Below are positions 11,016 through 22,297 of a DNA stretch of 64,000 nucleotides, in pieces. The DNA comes from Rebecca billardiae RCC1528 (lineage: Eukaryota; Protista; Haptophyta), in assembly GCA_965240325.2 (NCBI GenBank), contig OZ251229.1, positions 310,001-374,000 on the forward strand, in the 5' to 3' direction. The number at the start of each line of letters is the position of its first letter. The first letter of the stretch is position 1. The notes under the pieces were generated by a model. It was given only the letters and a program-made list of their open reading frames with translations, did no database searches and had not been told where the DNA came from. The position numbers and the translations under genes are program-made.

Positions 11016-12331
11016 TCATTATTTCACTCATCATCGCCCCCGAATGATCAGAATATAGTCTGCTATACATACACTCATCACCATATCGAATATATCGTCA
11101 GCATTATCATATGCACCATGCTCACATATATATGCCCGCCGCATAATATCATCGATGGAGTGCACGCAGTGACGCGTCGCACGCGCCATCACTATTATTA
11201 GGCTCCTTACTGTACCGGCCGAAGGCTGGACTGCTCCCACCCTTGATTGACCCTTCCGACGAAGTTCCGAGCACCGCCGTTTTTGCGCGCTGTATATATC
11301 GTCTCTTCTAATGAGTGCCGCTGGCGTTCCGCGCCAGTGACAGATCGATTCAGCGACCTCTAATTGGGTATATACACCGATCTTCATCTGTCACATATGT
11401 CACGTCACGGCCGTTACATGACAGGTAACGGTCGAAAATCCGAAGGGTGGGCTCCCACCCTGGCACCTACGCTGACAGTGACACATTGAGACGCTCTGGT
11501 CAGCCAGAAACGCGTGCTACGAGTGCAGCGTGGCCAGGAAGCATCGCCCACGACTGCTCCCTGGCTTACGTCAGCCCGTGTCGGACGCCCTGAGTAGCAG
11601 ATCGCTTCATTGCGCGCGGGTGCGCGCGCACGTAGCCGCTGGCCGACGTGGTGCGCGCGTCGGGCGGCCGCGCGCGCGCAATAATAATCGAGTGTCAGCA
11701 GCGCAGCACTCGCTCGCGCGCAGCGGGGAAACATGTTTGCTCACTAGGCGTCTGGATCAGCAGGCTACCAGTCGTGGTAGACGTTGCAGATGATGGGGTG
11801 GAAGGCTCGATCGCATGCCTGGCCTCGCAGGCAGGAGCCGAGGAGGGCGAGCAGACCGCAACCACCGCCGCGCCTGCGTCCGAGAGGGGGCTGAGCACCT
11901 TGACCTTACGCGTCGCCCTGGCCCTGGGCCTGGCTGGGCGTTGGGTCAGATGTATCTATCCTACCCCCAGCGTCACGCGCGGGCTCTGAGCCGGTTGGCG
12001 TCTCAACGGTCTCCTCGTCCGCTCAGTTGTTGCCGCATCATCGAGGGAATCACGACCGTCGGCCAGTTCGTCGAGCTCGAGCGGGCCAAGTTCGTCCTCA
12101 GATGGCAGCCCATCGGGTCAATCGTGTATCGTCTACCTCGTCACCCATACCGACCGTACCGACCCTTCCGCTCGCCACTCTGAGCCTTGCGCCGTCGTCA
12201 GAGCTCGCGCGCACGCCGCCTCCCGTCGTCATGAAGTAAGGCGCGCTCCGGTCTGGCTGGATCGCGCGCGGCGCCGCACCCACTCGTAGTGCGGATGATG
12301 ATGAGCGCGCTGCTCCATGTGCGCTCCCCCC

Positions 12332-14960
12332 TCACAGCATCAGCCGCCACTCCAGGTCGAAGGACTGGTCGAGCTCGGAGAGCGCGCCGAGCTCGTCGTC
12401 CCAGTCGTCGGCGGCCGACTCGGCGTCGCCCGTCAGCATCGCCGCGCGCGCCCGGCCGCCCATCCCGAGCGCACTCGCGGCGAGCTTGGCGAGCATCGCC
12501 TCGTCGTCCGCGGCGTCCTCGGCGGCGTCTGCGGCGGCGCGCTCGGCCGCGCCGGCGGAGCCGACCCCCTCGCGCGCGAGCGGCACGCCGCGGTAGCAGC
12601 CGCGCGCCACGACGTGCTCGAGCAGCGCCTGCCAGTGCGGGTCGAGGCAGAGCACGTGCGGGTTGCCCACGATGATGAGCAGGCTCTTGGCGCGGGTGAT
12701 CGCGACGTTGAAGCGCTCGGGCGCGGCCATCAGGCCCTCGTGCGCGCGGTCCGCCGCGGCCGACCCGCCCTTCGGCACGCTCTCCCGGTGCGAGAGCACC
12801 GTCGAGATGAGGATGACCTTCTCCTCCTGCCCCTGGTAGTCGTCGACCGAGCCGACGCGCACCGCGCCCAGCTCGTGCGCGCGCAGCAGCTTGCGCAGCT
12901 TGAGCACCTGCTTGCGGAAGATGGTGAGCACGCCGATGTCGTCGGTGGAGAGGCCGTGCTGCGCGTCGGACAGCAGCGCCTGCACGAGCGCCACCACCTT
13001 CGCCGCCTCCGTCGGGTTGAAGAAGGAGGGCGAGTCGACCTCGTTCAGCTGCTGCCCGACCAGCCCGTAGAAGAGGAGTGGCACGCCGCGCGCGGGCAGC
13101 TCGCTCCAGCGCACCAGCTCGTCGGTCTGCGCGTCCGGCGCGGACTTGATGAGCTGCGAGTTGTAGAAGAGGCGGCTCGGCACGGCGAGCAGCTCGGCGT
13201 GCGAGCGGTAGTTCCGCCGCAGCATCGTGCACCGCCGCTCGAGCGTCGGGCCGACCACGGGCGGCGCGCCGTACGCCACGCCGCGGCCGCCATCCGCCTC
13301 AAACGCGCCCATCAGCCGAGCGAGCATCGAGATGTGCAGCCCGTCGGGGCGCGCGCGGCACGCGGCGCAGCGCACGGTCGGGCCGAGCTGGCGGTGGTCC
13401 CCGACGAGCACCACCTCCGCGCCCGCGGCGGAGGCGGACGGCGCCCTGCCCAGCGTGAGCGGGATCAGCAGCTCGGGCTCCAGCCCCTGCGCCGCCTCGT
13501 CCACCAGCACGTGCGTGAAGTGGCCGCTCGGCACGCCGCCTTGCACGGGCACCGCGCCGAGCGCGCACAGCTCGAGCGCGCTCACGCACGTCGCGATGAT
13601 CACGGGGAGCTGCGCGTACGCGTGCGCCGGCAGGTAGCCGAACGAGCCGTCCGACACGCACGCGTACCGGTGCAGCCCCACCGCGTACGACGCGAGCGTG
13701 CGGCGCGCAGAGTTGAGGCGGTGCACCCAGCGCGACGGCTCGGCCTCGGCGCGCGGCGCGCCGCCGTCGTCCGACGCCCAGCCCATGGCGCGGAGGAAGC
13801 GCGGCGAGCGCGCCTGCTCGACGAGCCGCGTGAGCAGCACGTCCGCCGCGCCGTTCGAGGGCGCGGCGAGCAGCACGCGCGCGCGCGTGCCGCCGGCCGC
13901 GCCCTCGTCCCTGCAGGCCAGCAGCAGCTGCAGCACGATCTCAACGGCCACACAGGTCTTGCCCGTGCCGGGCGGGCCCCACACCAAGTGCGGGAGGGCG
14001 GGCGCGCTGCTGGTCGCGGGGGCGAGGACGCGCTCGACGGCGAGCGCCTGCTCGGCGTTGAGCTGCGTGTTCACCAGCGCGAGCCGAGCCGCAGCCGCGG
14101 CCGCCGTCGCGCGCGGCGCGGAGGCACCCGCCACGCCGCCGGCGGCGCCGCCTGGCGCGCCTTGGCCGCGCTCGGCGGCGCCGTCGGCAGCCGACGGCGG
14201 CCGCGCGGCCGAGGCGCCGTCAGGGGCGGCGGCGGCGCGCGGCTGCGCGCGCGCGCGGCACGTGACGAGCGCGCACGCCGCGAGCCCGCGCGACATCTGC
14301 GCGAGGTACGCCTCGAGCGCGAAGCGCATCGCGCCCAGAGGCCGCGCGGTGAGCACCCAGCGCACGTGACACAGCACGCCGCGCAAGTGCCCGCCGAGGC
14401 CGCCGCCGCCGCCGGCCTTGCGCCGCGCGCCGCGGCCGCCCGGCCTGGGGGCGTCGGCGGCGGCGGGCGAGCCGCCCTCGCCGCCGTCCGGCGCGGGCAG
14501 CGTCGCGCTCGGCCGCGTGACCGCCGAGTCGTACGCGCTGCCGAACTCGGGCCCAAAGCACAGCAGCACCCCTCGGTGCGAGCTCGCGTCCGCCACCCAG
14601 CCCACGTACTCGTGTTCAGCGCGGTCGGCGATGCGCACGCGCACATAGTCGCCGTACGTGAGGGCCGGGCGCTTCTCCTCGGCGCCGGGCACGTGCAGCT
14701 TGGCGAAGACGGGCCGGGGCGCCCGCCCGCCCGGCCCGCCGACCGCGCCCGCGCCCGCCGCGCCCGCCGCCGCGCGCCGCTCGCGCAGGATCGGCACAAA
14801 GTGCATGTCCATCTTGGCGTAGTCGGCCTCGTGCTGCGCCTCCTCCGCGCGCAGCAGCTGCGCAAAGTGCGCGCAGTACCGCGCGGTCCAGTGCACGAGG
14901 CGCGCGTGCCACTCGCGCACCACCGCCGCGCCGACCTGCGCGCTCACGCCCTCCCCCCCT

Positions 14961-15017
<57 letters not shown>

Positions 15018-16075
15018 GCCGCCGCCGCCGCCGCCGCGTGCGCCGCGTGCAGGAGGTCGTCCACAGCAATGGCCGCCGGCAGCCCGCTCGGCGGCTGCGC
15101 GGGCTGCGCGGGCTGCGCGGGCTCGGCGTGCGCGGCGCGGGCGTCTCGCCCTCGCCCCCGCCCCCGCGACGCGCGCGCGGGCGAGCCCTCCCGGCCCGCA
15201 GCCGCCTCGCCGCCTCGCCCGTCCGAGCGCGGCTCCTCGGCCGCGCGCGGCTGCGGCGCCGCTCCCGGCGCGGGCGGCAGCAGCGACGGGTGGCCCGCGG
15301 CCGAGCCGCGCTCGATGAGCTCGACGTACCGGCGCGCGTGGTGCAGGAGGACGTGCTGCGCGTACCACGGCTGCAGCGGGTCCACCGGCCCGACGGCGGG
15401 CCCGTACACCCGCGCGGGCCCCAGCCACACCTCGCGCACCGCCCGTGGGTAGTAGGGCGGCGCGTCCGAGCGGAGCAGCGAGAACTCAGAGCCCGAGCCG
15501 ATGATGGCGACGGCCTTGGTCGCCATGATGAAGGTGTGCGACGAGGAAGTGAGCTCCCACAGGTCGATCGAGCCGTCCACGCGCAGCGCCGCGACCACGA
15601 GCGCCTGCCGCATCCCGAGCTCCGAGGCGGGCGACGCGTCGAGCGCCACGTCGACGGCGTACGAGCCGCCCGGCTCGAGCAGCAGCGCGTGCGCGGGCTC
15701 CTCGGCGGTGGGTCCGTGCGGGTCGCGCACGACGAGGGAGAAGACGCGATCCACCGCGCCGAAGCGCGCGGGCACGACCACTCGCACCCACAGCAGCGTC
15801 ACAGCCCTGTCGCCCTCGTTGGACAGCTCGACGGTGCGCAGCAGCGCGCCCGTCGGCCGGTGCCGGCCCTCGCGGTGCACCATGCCAAAGTCGGCGGTGG
15901 CGGAGGCGAAGCGGCAGCCGTGCCGTGGGCGCAGCAGCCGTGCCGTCACCTCGGGCGGCGCGCCCGCCGCTTTGCTCACGAGCAGGCGCGCCGCTTCCAT
16001 CGCCGGTGATTGACGATCCCCGACGGCCGCGGATGCGCCGCTCGTGACTGCTCCCGGAAGCAAGTGGAAGGGCAT
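12332..16075 (-). CDS. MOV10: MOV10/SDE3/Armitage-like SF1 (UPF1-like) RNA helicase
   Basis: GPPGTGKT, FTHVLVDEAAQ, GDHRQLGP, LRRNYRSH, SFFNPTEA, VGSVDDYQGQE, RFNVAITRAKSLLIIVGNPHVL. The upstream EKRPAL.YGD motif is typical of MOV10/SDE3. Confidence 0.88.
14961..15016. repeat. (CCG)n trinucleotide run encoding poly-Gly within the helicase
   Basis: About 18 consecutive CCG units are visible. Confidence 0.9.
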
Positions 16076-16185
16076 CCGGACTCACCGTTTGCCGGCCCCC
16101 GTCCCGGCGCTGTTCATCTCCGCAGCCGAGTGCCCGCCCGCCCAGGGCGCCCGCGCAGTGGATTTCGACTTGCGCTCCGCCCGTC

Positions 16186-17431
16186 ATGAATGCCCCGAGT
16201 GAGGATCTCGCGCAGCCTCTCGCACCTGGCGCGGATCCGCCCACGACGCGGGCGCAGCCTCGTCGCTCACGCCACGTTGCCCTGGCGTGCGCGATGGCGC
16301 TCGCACTGTCCTTCTTCATCACGGCGCGCTGGTCGGCGTCATCCCCGCCGCTGGCCTTCACCTCCGGGGCCAAGGGCAAGGCACCCCCTACGTCGGAAGA
16401 GTCCTCCAGCTGGCGCCCGTGGTGCGTCATGACGCCGCTTGTGATGCACGTGAGTTTGCCTGCGCCCGCACCACAGACAAATCGCCCCCGCCACCCCCTT
16501 GCACACGCGCTGACGACTCATGGCCTCCGTGCCCCTGCACCCCACCGCCGCCCGGCAGTTCGAGGGCTACTGGAGCTCCATGCTCTCCCTCCCCATCGAG
16601 AGCGCGGTCAAGGGCCGCGTGAGCATCCACTCGAACACGTCGAGTGAGTCGTACCGTCTCGACCTCTCGTTCGGGCAGCGCCGGCGGCTGTCGGTGTGGC
16701 AGCTGTGGCGCGAGGGGCTGGGCGAGACGCTGGCCACCACGCTGGATGACGGCCTTGGCGGCCCGCTGCGCTGCTCGCTCCTCGTCGAGCCGCTCGCGCC
16801 ACGGCCGGCGCGGCCTGAGATCTGCACGCACTCCACATTTACGTACATGCACCCGGTGCGGCACACGACGCACGCGGGAGAGGCCGCCGAGGTGTGGTCG
16901 CTCCGATTCCCCGCCGGCCCAGAAGGCAGCCACATGCCCGCCGGGAGCGTGCTCAACGTGACCATCCGACGGCTCGGCTCGCGCGGGCCGGGAGAGCCCG
17001 ACGAGGCGCTGCCGCTGTGGCACTCGCTCGCCTCGCCTGACGGCCGGTGGGTGATCGAGCACTTTGCCGCGAGCGCCGAGCGCGCCGTGGACTGGGACGA
17101 GTACAGGCTGCCCAAGGAGTGCACATCCGCACAGCCCAAGGGCGCCGACGCGCTCGTCGACCTGCACGCCTCCAAGGCCTCCAAGGCCTCCAAGGCGCAC
17201 GGCCACCACGGCGGCAAGCACCAAAATCACGCCGCCGTTGTGGACAAGGACGACTCAGACTGGCCGCCCGCGCACTGGTCCCCGTTCCGCTCGTCGCGTC
17301 ACGGCCTCGTGCGCGTCGGCGAGGAGCGCATCATGTGCCCGTTCGCAAAGGTTGTGCCGGCGCTGTCGGACGACCCCGTCCGCGCGCGCCGGCAGACAGC
17401 CGCCATCCCCGACTCCGAGGGACGACGATAA
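16186..17431 (+). CDS. Hypothetical type II membrane protein; intron 16450-16558
   Basis: N-terminal TM segment VALACAMALALSFFI. A phase-0 GTGAGT...CAG intron joins ORF 16186 to ORF 16520-17431. Confidence 0.65.
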
Positions 17432-17659
17432 GTTCAGCGTGCCTCACCGGCCTGCACTACCGAGTACCGACTGTCTGCTCCGCCATTGACATTGTCAGGT
17501 CCTAACTCATCATCATCTTTCATCAGTCTGAGTCGAGCGTCGTCTCACGGCGGTCTGTAGCTATTATTGACCGCCAGGCAGTGTAGTACACCGAGCAGCT
17601 ATACATGCTAGCTACGGAGTAGTAGCTGATGATGACGATAATTATGACGATAGTAAATA

Positions 17660-17691
<32 letters not shown>

Positions 17692-17692
17692 A
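17660..17692. repeat. (TA)n microsatellite in AT-rich convergent intergenic region
   Basis: TA run seen directly; (AAT)n and (CT)n follow at about 17848-17960. Confidence 0.85.
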
Positions 17693-18337
17693 GTAATCAG
17701 TCGCGGATCGACGATGCCGACCAGGTGACCAGACGCCAGGTGGCGCGGTCGGATGAGCGCCGATGCCGCGCGATTGAATGAGTGACGCCCGATTAATGCG
17801 CGACGAATAATGCTGATGCCCGTCAAGAATAATCAAGATGACTCGTCAATAATAATAATAATAATGTAGTTATTATAATATATTAAATATTGATCGTCTC
17901 TCTTACTGATCTGATCTTTCTCTCTCTCTCTACCGAGTACGGCTCTCTCTCTCTCTCTCTATGCGCTGCACTACGACGCTGCCAAGCAGCCTACCCCAAT
18001 TGACAATTGTTGGCCCAAGCGCAAGCAAACGGGCCCGCCAAGTCATCAGTTTGAACCGCCGGTGCAAGAGTGCTGGCCGTAGTCACAGCCCAGAGTAGCG
18101 GGTCGAGCAGCTTGAGGCGGCGACGGGCGAGGCCGCAGCGGCGCAGGGCAGCAGCAGCCCCATGCCAAGCGCGCGACTCGCGAGTCCTGCCCCGGAGGTG
18201 AGGCGAGTCCACCGCCTGACGACACTGTGCGGACATACATGGGCCTCGGAGGCACGCGCCAGCGCCCACCTGCGATTCGAGACGCGCTGGGCCTGTCAGG
18301 AGGGAGCGGTCGGCCCGAGCGAGCTGGGCGGACCGTG

Positions 18338-19825
18338 TCAGCCGACCCCTCCGCCTGTCGGCGTCGAGCTCAGCTCCGTCCCGGACGCCCACGCGCGCAC
18401 GGTGGCGAGCGTCTCGCGCGCGATGAGCCGCAGCGGCGTCTGCAGCCCGATCGTGGCGCGCGCGGCGACGAGGAGCACCGGGCACAGGAGGATGACGGAC
18501 GCGTTGAAGCGCCAGCCGAAGCGGATCGAGCCGGTCACGTGGATCGCGCCGCCGCCGAGGAACGTCGACATCCCGAAGCCGAGCATGTTCGTGCCCAGCC
18601 CGTACATGCCCGAGGCGAGCGGCCGCAGCTCCTCCGGCAGGATGTCGAGGACGATGCCGGCGAGCGCGGGCGTGAGCGCGGACACGACGGCGAGCATGGC
18701 GAGCAGCGCGGCGGAGACGACGGGGACGGACTTGGAGAAGCACATCGGCGGGAGGAAGAGCGCCGCGACGAATGAGAGCGCCAGGCACGCCTCGAGCGCG
18801 CGCGCGTGGTTCGACTTGTACCCGCCTATCAGGTCGACGTACCGCGCGCCCGCCCACGTGCCAAACACTGGCCCGATCGTCGAGACGACCACCGAGATCA
18901 CGTCGGCCGCGCGCGCGCCCGAGTGGAGCTCTTTGACGAAGTAGATGCTGGTCCAGTAGTTGAGGCCGTTGCCCACGAAGTAGAGCACGCCGGCGGCGAA
19001 CATCGTGTGCCAGAACGCGCGGTGCCGCCTGAAGCGGCACAGCAGCCGGATGGTCGCGTGCGCGGACGCCTCGAACGCGAGCGGCACGCGCGTCGGCAGC
19101 CCGAGCTCGTCGGACAGCAGCATGTCGGCGGCGTCCATGCGCATGAGCAGCGCGGACGCGAGGATGATGCACAGCCCCTGCGCCACGAACGCCAGCCGCC
19201 ACCACGCGTCGTCGTACAGGTGCATCAGCAGCGCGGTCCCGGCGTAGCCCGCGATCGTGCCCACCTGCGCCACGTTCTGCAGGTAGCCCATCCACGCGGT
19301 GGAGGCGCTGCCGGGCGCGTTGGCGTTGACCCAGACGGGGAAGTAGACGTACGGGATCGACTGGCACACGCCGTCCAGCCCGAGCAGCGCGGTCAGGATC
19401 GCCGCCGTCGGCGCCGCGCCGCAGCAGATCGAGCACAGCCCGTTGAGCACGAGGCAGACGCCGAGCATCTTGCGGATGGAGCCGGGCCAGCGCTGCAGCA
19501 CGAAGCCGACAGGGACGGTGGTCAGACTGAGCGTGAAGTAGATGATCGACGAGAGCGAGCCGATCCCCAGCCATGACATGTGCAGGGTCTTCCGCACGTG
19601 CACGATCGCAGCGGCGAGGATGCCGTAGTCGCAGTTGATGAGCAGCTGCGCAAAGAGCACGTTCAGGAACATGCGGTTGCGCCGCGTCTCGAGGTCGCTC
19701 CGCTGCTTCGAGGTCTCGTGCTTGATCGCGGGCATCTCCTCCTCGTGCTCCGGATCCGCATCCAGCGCGTCCGCGTCGTCGATCGCGAACGCATCCGCGT
19801 CGGCATCGTCGGCCGTCGCCGCCAT
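18338..19825 (-). CDS. MFS transporter, Spinster-like
   Basis: LINCDYGILAA in TM1, about 12 hydrophobic segments, YFPVWVNANAP, ILPEELRPLASG. ATG at 19825. Confidence 0.85.
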   Translation of the reverse strand: MAATADDADADAFAIDDADALDADPEHEEEMPAIKHETSKQRSDLETRRNRMFLNVLFAQLLINCDYGILAAAIVHVRKTLHMSWLGIGSLSSIIYFTLSLTTVPVGFVLQRWPGSIRKMLGVCLVLNGLCSICCGAAPTAAILTALLGLDGVCQSIPYVYFPVWVNANAPGSASTAWMGYLQNVAQVGTIAGYAGTALLMHLYDDAWWRLAFVAQGLCIILASALLMRMDAADMLLSDELGLPTRVPLAFEASAHATIRLLCRFRRHRAFWHTMFAAGVLYFVGNGLNYWTSIYFVKELHSGARAADVISVVVSTIGPVFGTWAGARYVDLIGGYKSNHARALEACLALSFVAALFLPPMCFSKSVPVVSAALLAMLAVVSALTPALAGIVLDILPEELRPLASGMYGLGTNMLGFGMSTFLGGGAIHVTGSIRFGWRFNASVILLCPVLLVAARATIGLQTPLRLIARETLATVRAWASGTELSSTPTGGGVG

Positions 19826-20802
19826 GGCTGACAAGTCGGCGTGAGTCTGCGTGATAGTCTGATAGACTGATAGTCCCCCTCGGGGCACGATGGCTGCCGG
19901 CAAGTTGATGCCGCAAGGCTTTTGGTTCGTGATGGCGACCCGCTGCGTGCCAGTGCGGCACGACGCACAGCATGGACCTGCTCGGTCCCCGACTCCGAGC
20001 AAGGGCGAAAGTGCAGGTCCGGATGTCAGCTGGCAGTCTCAGCCGCTGGTAGGTAGCAGCTGGTCGAGCCTGCCCCGTGCTCCCCCGGACCCCGGGCCGG
20101 TCGCGTACGCCGCTTGCCGCTCGAGCCAGCTGGCTGGCTGGCGGCGGCGGGCGCTGCGGCGTCGTCCAGGGTGCGCTTCGCCCGCTGCCGCGCTGCGGCG
20201 ACGCCTCCTCGTCGTCCAAGTCGTCGCCCGGGGGCGAGTCTCGGTCATCGTGGAGGGGGGCAGCAGGGGCTGGCGTGGGTGCAGCGGTCGGCGCCAGGCG
20301 CGCCGCCTTGCGCGCCTGGCGTTCCTTGACGGCGCGGCTCGCCTACTGTTGAAGGATGGCGCGGCAACCTGCCACCGTGAGCCTTACGCACGTTAAAACA
20401 AATAAACTGTATGCTGATACGATTTAATCATCCGCCGATATTATTGGAGGATGCTACCTGTGTCGTTAAATAATAGAATGAGTACCCCCATATACCGTGT
20501 ACCATACAGATTACAGGTGGACGATAAGGTACCATACGGTCCGCGGCGGTACCTGCAGGTTTCATCATGAAATTCCAACTGCGACGTATGGGGGTACACC
20601 ACCGCTTTGAGCTTTGACGGTTGCTGTCGACAATCAAGCACTGCTCGCGGCGGGCAATAATTGTCAATTGACGAAATAAGTTTCATCAGCGCATCAGCAA
20701 CTCGATCAAGTTGGACTGTTGGAGATTCCTCGCGCCGGTCTCACCCGTGGACGCAGCTCATCCCACTCCGCCGAAGTGGTCTGCACGTGCGCATACTCGC
20801 CG

Positions 20803-22297
20803 ATGCCGGAGCTTCTGGACGCGTACGCATTCTGGACGCACAAGGGCGGCGTGGGTAAGACCACCACCGCATTCCATCTCAGCACCATGTACGCCCAGAT
20901 GTTCGACGGGACCACGAAGGGCGCCGACGGCAGTCTCCTGCCGCGCAGGGAGGTGCTCGTGTTCGACTGCGATCCCCAGGCCAACCTCTCGGCGTCGCTG
21001 CTGACGCACACGCACGAGAACAAGGCGAGCGCCGGGAGGAAGCGGAAGGCGGACGCCGAGCAGCCAGAGCAGTGGGTGCGCGACCCGGGGGCGCTGCAAG
21101 TCGACAACCTCGCAGTCCGGGGCGTTGGCGAGCAGAAGCTGCCCGCGAACGTCAGCGGCGCGCTGTACGCGAGGGACCAGGGTGCCGGTACCGAGCCCGA
21201 TTGGACGGTGTTCCTGACGAAGGTCTCCGACATCAACCCCAACATGCCGGACAACCTTTGGCTACTCGCAGGCGACACCGATCTCGACTCGAACGACACG
21301 GACCTCTCTACGAAACTGAACCAGCTGTCGGCGGGCAAATCTAAGCCGTTCGTCAAGACGCTCTCGCTCCTCCAGAACTATCGCGACGCGTGCGCGGCCA
21401 AAATGCCCCACGACACCGTCGTATTCATCGACTGCAACCCCGGCTTCTCGACGTATACCAAGATCGCGCTCGCCGCGGCGAAGAGCCTCATCGTTCCGCT
21501 GAACATGGACGACTACTCGACGGAGGCGATCAAGATGATGCTCCGCAAGCTCTACAACCGCTTCCCCGTCAAGGAGGAGCACCCTTTTCACGAGCAGCTG
21601 GTGAAGAACTCGCACGCGAGCCGCGCGTATCAGCAGCGCCTCACCGGGATCGAGATGCCTCCAATCCGCCTCATCATCCACAACCGCGACCCTGTGGCGG
21701 CCATCCGCGGTTTCAGAACCACCGCGGCTTTTCGCTCTCAGAACAACAAGGTCATCCACTCCGAGGTCGTCAAGTACCACGGCGAGAGCACGCACACGGG
21801 CTTTTCGATTATCGTGCAGCCCACGGTGCGCAATTGCGCCTCGGGCAGCGCATGGCGCGATTCGCACGCCCTCCGCGCGACCGCGCACTCACGCACCTGA
21901 TGCAATCGCGCGCGCCACGCCGCTGCAGGTTGACGGCGGCCTGCGCGGATTCGAGAAATCCGCTCGGTCGGGACTCAACCACGGCCACGTGAGAAAGATG
22001 AACGCGCACGCAGTAAGCACCATCACCACGCGTGACGACGCCGCCGGGCTGAAGGAATTCGCCACGTTCTACACGTGCCCGCTCAAGGATCTCTCCACCT
22101 GCACCATTGCAGCGACGTATCTCGGCATCCCGCTGACCGCGCTCAAGCGGAAGCAAGCCGCTGTCAAGGCCTTGCTGGAAAATGCGAATATCTCTGCCGC
22201 CACTCGCGATGCCTCTCAGGACGCCGTGGCAGAGGTGCTCAAGTATCTCGAGGACAATCTCCCCAATGGCAAGGCCCTTACGCAGGCGCGCGACTGA
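20803..22297 (+). CDS. ParA/Soj/MinD-family ATPase of bacterial type; intron 21826-21928
   Basis: Deviant Walker A KGGVGKTT, A' motif VFDCDPQANLS, Walker B FIDCNPG, ALAAAKSLIVPL. A phase-0 GT-AG intron links the ORF to the downstream frame ending at 22297. Confidence 0.85.

Noticed and set aside
12317-16009. 1230-aa plus-strand ORF
   Set aside because: Antisense shadow of the MOV10-like gene; Arg/Ala-rich with no motifs, as expected at extreme GC.
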